This document shows, piece by piece, positions 1-10,050 of a stretch of DNA of 20,000 bases (the stretch's first letter is position 1; each line of letters begins with the position of its first letter). Position numbers and translations under genes: made by a program. The DNA is taken from the NCBI GenBank assembly GCA_000934665.2, contig JYFJ02001708.1:51518-71517 (forward strand), written 5' to 3'. The DNA is from Catajapyx aquilonaris. Lineage: Eukaryota. The notes beneath the pieces are model-generated. The model was given only the letters and a program-made list of their open reading frames with translations. It searched no databases and had not been told where the DNA came from.

Positions 1-973
1 GTAAGGCTTCCGATTTCCTCTCTCTACCTTTTGATTACCTTGGCGGACATCGAGTGAAAAATAAAAGAGAAAAGGTGGGCTCGTAATAAATCTCTCGGAG
101 GGGAAGTTCAGCAGACCTCTATCTCTTCCCCACCTTTTGCCCATAATGAACTTTTCGTCTTGATAGATTCCTCTTTCGGTGAAAAGAAAATAGGTTGTGC
201 CAGTATAACAACTTCCTTCTGTTTTCCTTCCGAATTTCAGGCATGAACAGAAGACCGAGTTTTCCAGAGCTGGAACTGTACGAAAACATGTAATTACCCG
301 CTGTGTATACCTGTAATGCATTCACTGAGATAACATCTGAGCAAGTGGGCCAGGATCTGTCAAAATTTGCAGAGTGTATATTACGAATACTTTTTCTACC
401 TCTAAAGTGATTAATAGTTGCAAAATCTTGCCACGATAATAAAGCGACAGTGGCTTGACGTGGTTGTTTGTTAGTAAAATCCACTTAAGAAATTCTCGAG
501 AAACTACATTGTTCGTAACGACTGCGACAAATAGGAGATAATACCGCCAACAGAAGCCTTATTACCATTACTAACGACTACTAATGGTACAGTATATCAG
601 AAAATTATAGGATGAGATCCGAGTCTAAGGCAGAGGGTTTTTCTCCACGATCTCCCCCATTTCAGCGATTGCAATCAAGCAAGTAAATGGACTGTATACT
701 GTACATGGTTGCAAAGATGTTGACAAAGCCTAACATATACACACACAGTTGCACGAAATTGGTTTCCGCTTCGTCCTAGATTGCTGAACAATTCCGCGTC
801 TGCTAGAAAAGCACTGCTTGGATGTCCTGAAAAAACAAGGTTTTGCATGACAGCTGCAAAACTGCAAAGCAATTTCTTTCGTGGGGGAATTACAGAAATG
901 AAGGGTCCTTTAAAAACAAAGTCTTTTCATGTCGTCCAATGACGTGGACGTTGGAAAATTCAAAGTCTGTGGA

Positions 974-990
974 CAGTGCACCACCCTGTA
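974..990. mobile_element. Solo Tc1/mariner-like TIR end (CAGTGCACCACCCTG|TA), probable MITE relic
   Basis: The reverse complement reads TA-CAGGGTGGTGCACTG, the TA+CAGGGTG start typical of many Tc1/mariner TIRs. The 16-mer 974-989 is identical to 17508-17523. No partner end is visible upstream in the window. Confidence 0.35.
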
Positions 991-2727
991 TAGACAGCCG
1001 GTTATTAGGTCAAGGGGACAGTTGTTTATGGTCGAACCGCTACACACAAGTTTAAATACGTGTTTTATTCCCACTGTTGGCAAATTGCACAATGGCTCCA
1101 TTGTAGTGCACCATATTTAGCTCCACGTATGGCCCCCCCGATGCAACAACATGCTAATTGCTGGGCTGACTCTAATGAGCCGCTTCGTCCTGCATTTTCC
1201 TACAATTTTACCTCCAGGCCATCATCACCCCTGTAGTTCGGTGCGTCTTATTAACCGAGGTGTTTACACAATGCACAGCTCGCCAATCTCCAGCGGCGCT
1301 AATTTGATATGCACCATTTGTTTCGAGACTTTTTTTTTCTTTCGCGGGCGCCCAAACCGGCCAAATTAATAAGCTGCCTGAAGGAGAATATCGAATTATT
1401 ACACACACAAAAAAAATATGTTTTGCTCGAGCTTACTTGAGCAGTGCAGACCAAGAAGGCCCGACAAAGGATTGTTTTCAAGACTGTTTAGATTTTTCAG
1501 AAAATTACAGTACTGCAAGTAGGCATAGTTCGGTCGAGCAGAAAATTTAATAATATTGCGTACATTCGCTGTTTCGGAAATGGAGCGCCGAAAATTACAT
1601 CGGAATATATTGTCGGACATACACGGCAAGTAAACAGGAACAAAAGTTGGTGAAATCATGATGCTCATTACACTCCTATTACCAGACTGCACGACTGCAG
1701 GGTAAATGACAAATGGAGCATGACTCATTATTAGTTAATTATATCCATTATTAGCTAACTACGAAGTCGCCTTTAAGCCATTTTAAATATAATACTTGCA
1801 TGACGATCATTAAAATAACTGGCGAGTAATATTAGCTCCAGTTCTTTTTTAAGTTTCGACCAAAAAAAATGAAGCCAGCCATGAAACATTTCGGATCATA
1901 ATTAGTAAATTTTGTGTACCGCATATGGGTCAGGGCTAGCAAAATTATGGAAAATGCTAATCATGTAACGAGCCTGTACGCCTAAGTGTGATCAGAGTAT
2001 TTATAACGAGAGTTTGATAAAATATGTTGCTCTAAACAAACTTCGCTGATTACATTGCTACTCGATCTTGCAGTACGCACGCATGAACAGCTCTCTCGTT
2101 ACGTACTCGAAACTGTATGCGTTACTTGAAAAGTACAGTGGAGAGTGATTTGCCTGCTCAAAAACAACGCTAATCATGATTCCATCGTGATTGTTGTGAC
2201 TCAACAATGCAGGAGCCACTGCAAATATTAGACAGTTACACAATGTGAAGGGCGCGCTTACAGTGTTCAAGTGAAGTACTTGAACAAACACTACACCACA
2301 GTCTGGCTCACAATTGAACAGCAATGTTAAAACTCTGAAATTTCGGAGCTTAATAGGTTCGAACATTATTTCAATATCAATATGTTGTCCAAGTATTTAC
2401 ACACGCAAAAAAATGCTTTTATGTTTAAAATGTGCACATTATTAGCCCATGGCAATTTGATATACATCAACCTTTGCCAAGCATAATTCTGCATTATGGT
2501 GGTTAAAAACCACGCGGGTAATTGTTTTTGGTAGTGCTGTAATTAAATAACAGTACTGACTAAATAACCCACGTCCAAAAACTCGATTTTTACGTCAAAC
2601 AATCGACATTGACACGATGCTGCAAATTGAATGCAAAATTAGCCGTAACCGCTTTACCTACGAATTTGTGTCCGCCAAACAAATCAATTCGCAATAACAA
2701 AAAATTAATTGACAGCATTTTATTGGT

Positions 2728-2739
2728 CCCCCCCCCCCC
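2728..2739. repeat. C12 homopolymer
   Basis: Twelve consecutive C, read directly. Confidence 0.9.
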
Positions 2740-3463
2740 TCGAAAAAATAAAGCGGATTAGTTCGGTCATTGCAGCAACACACTTACGAGACTTGATGTT
2801 TCAAACTTCATGTTCTGACCGACACAATAATCGTATAATTATCGGATTGTAATCATTTACACGTCAGGTGATTACTAGAACCTGTCCCAAAAATGATGGT
2901 TTTTTCATTTAATTTGGGCCTTATTTCTCTACTAGTCTATATGACGTAACGGCAGTGATTTGACTTTTATTGCTACGATTAATTTTATTTTTAATTTCAT
3001 TCTAACAAGTGCAAGCAGCTAACAGCAACTATAAGTAGCAACTTAGTAGCAAAATTATTTTTTAATTTACATCAGAAAGGTTGTACGCTCGAAGGCAATG
3101 TACGCAGTGCACACAGTGTAAACAGCCAGGAGTCAGAAACTAAAATTATAAGTAGGAAAAAGGAATATTTTAAAAATAAATAAAGTCGTGTTTGTTTTTC
3201 TGGTTCAAAATTAAATTTTCCGCTTCAGATACAAAATATTAACAAAAAGTAAACAAACAAAATGTACAGTACCTAAATTTTTGCAAATACTCTAAAAGTT
3301 ACACCAACTATATTCCGTTATTGATATCGGCTACAAAACTATTTGCGACGTTGCCACACATCGGGAAAAATCTCTCAATTTGTTGTCCCCAGCTCCTGTC
3401 AGACGACAAACAAACCGAGTGGAAAAAAACAAAGCTATATATGAAACCAGAAAATGTAGGTGT

Positions 3464-3684
3464 TGACGTCAAGAAGTGGCCCTCTTTTACCACACATCGC
3501 CCCCCCAAAAAAAGGCAGAGGAGAAAACGAGCGAAATTTTCTGTACCTCCAGGGATTGGAGGGATGGTTATATAGTGATTGATGCAGCCAATCCCGGTTA
3601 AAGCGAGGTGAGGCTGGTGACAGGCCGTGAAGGGAGCCCCTATTATAGGCCCGCCTATGGGAGGGCCACTGGTCCTATATATAA
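3464..3684 (+). promoter_or_regulatory. Candidate RNA polymerase II promoter/enhancer motif cluster
   Basis: TGACGTCA (CRE) at 3464-3471. Inverted CCAAT pair GGGATTGG 3552-3559 / CCAATCCC 3588-3595. TGATTGAT at 3576-3583 and TGACAG at 3618-3623. CArG-like CCTATTATAGG at 3639-3649 (7 W instead of 6). TATATATAA at 3676-3684. These are motif matches only; no downstream gene was recognised. Confidence 0.3.
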
Positions 3685-4120
3685 CGAGGCTACAGGGACT
3701 ACCACAACTCCTCTTTTTTATACTATTGGACGAACAAAACGATAAGGAAGCCAGAGATGGCCTTTGCTTTTGTGCATAATGCACATATATTTTTTTCTTC
3801 GGGCTGGACCACTCTGATGGTCCTGCCAACAGATGGTGTTTCATCACGGTAATGTTCACTTCGCATTATCCAACATCTTTTGATGAGGATTTTTCATGTC
3901 AGTATCTGGTCAATTATTGAGTGAATCTGAGTTCATTTATAAAAGATCGTCTCAAGTGTCGTTTTTGTTGAATGAGATATGACAAATTAAATTCTGAGCG
4001 GTATTAATATTTCGATAACAAATACGTGTTATTAGCCAGTCGGTTCAAAATTGAGTTTTAAAAATAGATCCCCCCGGAGTAAGAGATGAAAATGGAAAAT
4101 CCCTCTCTCTCGTTTTTCGA

Positions 4121-4185
4121 TCCATGCTACAGTAGCCTATTATTGTTGCATTAATATATAGCGTGGGGCTACTGTACATCATGGA
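4121..4185. other. 65-nt imperfect hairpin with TA-CAGTAGCC...GGCTACTG-TA core
   Basis: TACAGTAGCC 4128-4137 is the exact reverse complement of GGCTACTGTA 4167-4176. Outer TCCATG 4121-4126 pairs with CATGGA 4180-4185. Confidence 0.55.
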
Positions 4186-6090
4186 GCCTTCTTAATTACA
4201 TTCATCGTGCTAATTAGTTCTACAGTCCCTTATTTTTAGCTGCTAGTTCCGGCTATGGTGGACAGGCGGCAGCTACATGCAGGAGTGTTTATGTTTCACT
4301 AGTACCGTTAGCGAATTTTCGGTTCCCAGATTAATTGGTTTTATCCATTGCATGCGATCTGGTCGGCAAAACATTGTGGCAAAAAATGTGGACACTTGCC
4401 CCAAATAATTTCTGAACACAACAGTCCCCATCATTCAATCCCGCAACAGCTGAAGCAATGACTAAGTCTGAAACCCTCCTAACGAACAAGCCAGATTCCC
4501 CCCATAAACAAAAGGCACCCCATATTTCGAGAGGTTTCCCCTCAAAATGACCATATGTTGTTTGAAAGACCCGACAAGTCGGCCTGTTGGACCCCATTTG
4601 TATCCAGCTTGTCCTGCTCTCTCCATGACTAATGAGGCCCAGGTTCAGAAAAGGAAAGACGAGAAGCTTCCCCCAGCAAAAGCTCCAGCCATTCTTTGCG
4701 AAAAAGGGAACGGGTCCAGCAGCTCCCTAATTGGCCCTCGCTGCTTCTCATCATTTCGGAACACACGTTTTAGCTCAGGGGTGCTGGAGAAGAGATGCCC
4801 TTGGTTTCATTCTCTGCGTAAACTTGGTGGGAATTATATCTTTCCCCCCTCCTGCCTCCTCCTCCTCCCCTATAGCAAAAGGAGAGATTCTGCTTGTTTG
4901 CTCCAGACTTTGAGGAAGAAAAGACCCCGCCTCTGGTTCCAGCACGGTTTCTGCTGCCTCTTGGATCAACATGCCCCCGTTTGTGCAGCCTAATGTCCAT
5001 TAGACGTGTCAACACCCCAATCTATTGCCGAATCCTTCTCCCCACTTATTATTCTGCCTTTGAACTTCTCATTCGATTTTTTTTATATCTCCCCTGTTAG
5101 CTGCTGAGGAGGCACTTTTTTATATACATTTGGCGGTTTTGTCAAGGTTTGTACAAGAGACGGCTTCTTTTTAGGCTCCAATATGTGCCCTGAAGCTTAA
5201 CTTGAGTAAACAGGAAGGAACTGAGCACTTTAGTATAATATGCACAATCGCAGAGTTTTAACATTATTAGTCATTAATGTGGCTTTAAAACGTGTATGGT
5301 TAGTTGCAGGTACGGTGCACGGGATGGCTGTATACCTGGAGGCAACACACAGGTGCTGTTTTGCATGCCCTTTGTTTGCACCTACGGATTCACGTGGACA
5401 AAAGCAAAACACGACCATTTTCCAGAAAAATAAGTACTGTATGTTGTTTGTGCCGAGTGGTGCTTTTTTCAATGCGAACCAGGGCATCTATATTATGATA
5501 TTTTCTACAAAACTGCTGGAAAAATACTGCGTCATTGTAGTCCATTTTTTTAAACATGTGCACAAAAATGTGTTCCTATATTTTGCGATTAACAAGACAA
5601 CATTGCACGTACAATGCATATGATTCCGCGGCCAATGAAATTATTAGCTAACGAGTGTGGGGGCCATCAATGCATAAACACATGAAGCTATTAAATGGAC
5701 GGGCTCCAAATTCTGTCAGAGCCCGTTGATCTGTGTGACACACATCTCGCCCTGTGTGTGACCAATTGTTATAAATTTTGCATCTATTATTACCTCACCC
5801 GTCTGAAAAAAGTTACGTTATCGAGAGTGGCTCGTTAAAATGTGGCACGCCCCCCCCTCTCGACGTGTGTGATCAGGTTACGTGCAAATTAATGTTGACG
5901 TTAACAGGCCAATGCGTGCAAAACGCACTCCACTGTTAGCCTAACGAAGGTCAAGATCTGTTATAATCAACAGTAAAACCATCATTTCACACCGGACACT
6001 AGCTGTTTTTTTAAATTAAAATTAGCAGCTAATTTAGCATCTGCTTTTTTTTACTGTTACTATTCGACAGGTGGGATTTTTTCACACCTA

Positions 6091-6107
6091 TTTTTTTTTT
6101 TTTTTTT
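6091..6107. repeat. T17 homopolymer
   Basis: Seventeen consecutive T, read directly. Confidence 0.9.
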
Positions 6108-6922
6108 ACTCCAAGCTGCCTCCCCATTTTTTCCCTCGTCCATTTCCTGCTGATTCAGCCTTGGAAAAGTCCCGGAAGAGATCCAGGCTTTTCCTCCCAT
6201 TCCGGCGGCTGGGAATCCGGTGATGAATGAGGTGCTCTCGGGTGTCCGCTGCGCCCAACAGCCCCCTTTCCTGCATTCCTCCTATCTTTTTCCATGACTC
6301 GTAAGGAAGGAACTCAAACCCTCACAACCAAACTATGGATGTGGGGAGACGAAGAAAAAAAAAAGTGGGTGAGGATAAATGGCCCCCGCAGTTTGCCTCC
6401 CTTTTGTTAAGATATTCCAGGTGGTCTTTATGGCTCCTTTATTGGGACGGCTGGATCATAACCCATCGATTGCATTGTACCTACACATTCAGCAGGAAAA
6501 ACACTTCCTCGAGTCATAAAGTTACTCCCGGTCTCCATGGTATGGAATAATAAAAAAACTCTCGAATCAATACTTAATATCGCAATAATAGCCAGCACAC
6601 AGTAGTTTCGAAATATACGAGCGTCTCGGTTGAAAGCGGACAGTAAGAGTGTTATGCAGAGGAAATAATGTCGGTCTGGTTGAGCAGACGCCTGACATTT
6701 CGGAATTTTATTTTGCGTCCTCTTTCTATCCGCTATACAGATAGAACGACTATAAGAGGCGCCCACTATAGCGCCTGTCATTCTCTAACTTTTTTTTTCA
6801 GGACCGGATTCACCCACCCACCCACACGACAAAAAAAAAGAGAGAAGCATTCCGGGACAGAGAAAATGAGCGCCGATTGAAAGTCAAACGAGACTATTTC
6901 TATTCAGGATGATACATCCTTT

Positions 6923-6954
6923 TTTTTGAAGCAGAACAGGCCCTGCTTCAAAAA
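6923..6954. other. 12-bp perfect inverted repeat (TTTTTGAAGCAG-N8-CTGCTTCAAAAA)
   Basis: Arms 6923-6934 and 6943-6954 are exact reverse complements, with loop AACAGGCC. Confidence 0.7.
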
Positions 6955-7306
6955 GGACCCCCAGCAAAAGGCGGGCTACAAAACAGACGAAGCACATGTT
7001 CTGTGACAAAAGTCGCCAAAAAATGTAGGACGCAGCTGGAAAACTCTGTAAAAATCAGATGTGCAGAAAATTCGGGGAGGTTGTAATCCGTCGGAGTGTA
7101 GTAGATATCCTCGGATATCTTTCAGAGAGACGGTTAGGGATCGGTTTTCCGGAGGACGTGTCCCGCCACCATTTAAAGGGATTATCAGGAAGAGAGATTA
7201 TCTCCCCCCACTCTTTTTTTTACCTCCGGAAATGGAAAGTAATATTGGGCTCGTTAGTTGCGTTTCACCCGCCCTCCCAAGACTGTTCTTTTTCAAATGC
7301 CTGCAA

Positions 7307-7320
7307 CTCTCTCTCTCTCT
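7307..7320. repeat. (CT)7 microsatellite
   Basis: CTCTCTCTCTCTCT, read directly. Confidence 0.85.
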
Positions 7321-9863
7321 CAGAGATAACCATGGGTTGACGCAATGGATCCTATGCCGAGGCACCTCCTTTTGTGCCCGATCATTATTCTGGCCCGGAT
7401 TCCGCTTGATTGTGCACCGAGGATAATGGCCGAGTAACGAGAAGCACACAAATATTGGAAAATTTTGAGGGGGAGGAATCCACCCCCGCACTTCCCTTTC
7501 CTCATTCTTTTTTGGGGTCCACTGCCTCTACTGCAGCCTCCGGAGCATAAATGGGTGAAATTTACGTGTTAATTACTTGAGCCGGCCAGAGCATATTAAC
7601 GATTACTGGCTTACAATGGTTCTGCGAAAAGCGGGTGATTAACCGCCGACTGCAGGTAAATAGAGGTGACCAGTTTATAGAGTTGGTAACCAACCTCCAT
7701 GTTTTTTTTTAAAGAGATCAACTCTGCAACTATAATTCACCGCTTCCTAGAAAACTTCGTCTTACTTTCCAATAAAACTTTGCACTAAAGGGCTTCCGTT
7801 ATGGAGCTATAAAAATGCACTCTGTCACCCCGAGCGAATCTAATCGCTCATCCGGAATCAACCTAACGTAATTACTCTGCGCCATCTCCCCCTCTCTTTT
7901 TTTTTGTTAGCACTCTCATGAAAGATATCAGGCTCCCAAAGGATAGATATGTAGCTGCACTTTGCGCACTTTCTTCAATTAATGATGGAAGTGTCGTAGG
8001 CTCACTCTCAATGGAGACATCCTGCGCACTTGAAGTAATAAATGATGATGTTGTGTTTTGCCTGAGTTTCAGGATAAACGATCTCATGTTTTTTTTCCGC
8101 CAGGCCATTAGCTCCAAGGTTGCTCTTTGCAGCATCATGGAAAACTCAAAGTGGCGCTTTTCCGGGGGCCTGACTCGACCATTATCTCCCGTCCACTGTT
8201 GTGTGTTGTGAAATATAACCTATTGGAGCAGATAGATCCAGTTGTGTGCAGACCCCCCTGGTCCTTTCCCAACTCACACCCCTTGAGGCGTCGAAGTGTG
8301 AAGAATCCTTCTCTCTCTTCCTCTCCTTTTCTCTCTCTTCCTCTCACCAGAATCCATTTATCTCAGCCATGAGCAGCCTGCGAAGAGGTGTCAAAAACAG
8401 GGCTGGAGAAAAAGACTCCAGAGGATAAGCCCTCCAGGATTAAATTTCGGAGGGGGGGTAGAGGTTGTTGGAAAGTCAGGCCCCCTTCTCCTCCCGGTAT
8501 ACGTGTGTCTGCAGCTCTCTACATGACGCTGGCACGTGTGTGCTGCATGTCGTCTGGACCAGGACACCCGGATTAATGGGGGAGGTGACACGTCCCGGAG
8601 GAAGGAAAGGAAGGACAAACGTGGATTCCAGTAATGGGCGCCAAAACGGGTACGAAATGGAACGATCTCGCGACCCGTTTTATCCTGAGACAACAATGGA
8701 GGGGGCCAACAGATGCATCGGCTCGATTGTGTCACCCTGGGTTGTCTTTCATTGTTCGGCGCCTAATAGAAACATCCATAAAACGGGTCAAAATGTATAT
8801 CGACGGGTGAAAAGAGCGATCAATCAAACATGTCGGACAGTTACAAAGCATTTTCGCTTTCACAATAGCAGCGCCAGAGGGTAACCCGAAAAAAAAAATA
8901 TCGACAGTTGTCTATAAATAAAGTAACATCTTCACTGAACCCTGCTCGTTAATTCGCGGATAAAAATGAGCGTCAATTGGTATGCATGATCCGCACTGCA
9001 ATAGTTAACTCGATTCTAATTAATCAAACTGCTACTCAATTAAATCTGTTGAATCAAATCGCGACTCGACGGGTTACAAATCGCGCAATTAAAATCGTGA
9101 CATCGCCCGCCAACTTTTATGGCCCAGGTAGTTATACACCCACTGCACTTTGCATTTCGCACTGTCTGGGTTTCCACATCGGGTCAACACCATTAGTACC
9201 ATTCATTTTTACTGGTTGGTAATTATACATGGACTTGGACTATACACTTACAGCAAAATAGCAGCGGAGCCCGTTCTTCGCACGGACAGTTTCCGCGGTC
9301 AACAACAATCAATCGTTTTGTTTTGATACCATGAAACCACAATGCTGTGGACAAACAAACAAACTTTCCCTCGTGTATAAGACAAGTTGGGGAGAGAAGG
9401 GTAGGAGCGCCATCTGTGGCAGATGAGAAACCAAACTTTATAAAAAACAAAAGAACCCAAAATTTTGGGTATTTACACTCAAAAAAGTTGAGTTTTCGAA
9501 ATTTTCCCTGAATCAGTGGCACGTAATCCATCAGTGTGTCAAGTTTCAGTACTCTCAGTACTCCAGAAGTGGGTTAGGTACCCGGACAAACTTTACATAC
9601 GAACCAACGTACTCGTTTATACCGCATGAGAGATTATGAGTAACTGTTATTAAAAGCGACAGTGTTATTTCCTTTACAGGGTCTGCGATATTGCTATACA
9701 TTTCTACTAGATCGCGACAAAAGTCTTTTCCGTAACGGCATTGTAGTTTGCGAAAATCCTGGGCTCTGAATTGGCAAAAAGGAGCGAGAAGGTACCCCCT
9801 CCTCCGTTCATGGGATATTGGGCATGAAAAGAGGCCTTTTAGCCATGTGAGCAAAAGAGGAAA

Positions 9864-10050
9864 GGAGGGTGGGTGGGGAGGGGTCCTGGAGATGGGTGAC
9901 TCGTCGAGTGGTGAGTCTCTGGAGTGCTGAGGTGGCTCCCGAGAGGAGGCAATCTCTAGCCCATCAGCCCAAGTGGATTGCATTGCATCCTACTAGCTTG
10001 CTCTCTAGGAACCCATAGATTCCCCACCCACCCACCAACCCACCCCACCC
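9864..10050. other. Plus-strand G-quadruplex motif and complementary C-rich tract forming a long-range inverted repeat
   Basis: GGGTGGGTGGGGAGGGG at 9867-9883. TCCCCACCCACCC 10021-10033 is the exact complement of 9867-9879. 9880-9892 pairs with 10002-10014 at 11/13. The C-tract 10022-10050 has six runs of 3 or more C, a G4 motif on the minus strand. Confidence 0.55.

Noticed and set aside
936..947. CCAATGACGTGG containing the UPRE TGACGTGG
   Set aside because: A single 8-mer is expected by chance in 20 kb, and there is no supporting context.
3308..3859. Longest ORF in the track (183 aa, minus strand)
   Set aside because: No recognisable domain. It runs through homopolymer tracts and the promoter-like motif cluster, and this length can arise by chance.
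4547..4993. 148-aa ORF and overlapping ORFs in a GC-richer block
   Set aside because: The peptides are unrecognisable in all frames. Multiple overlapping ORFs reflect stop-codon scarcity in GC-richer DNA.
5699..5726. 8-bp stem ACGGGCTC/GAGCCCGT (a similar short stem lies at 7103-7120)
   Set aside because: Short stems at about chance frequency. They are not bacterial terminators because there are no genes and the context is eukaryotic.
6785..6801. Strong-looking 3' splice site CTAAC-T(n)-CAG
   Set aside because: The branch point is unusually close to the AG, and the downstream sequence is low-complexity with no convincing donor or reading frame.
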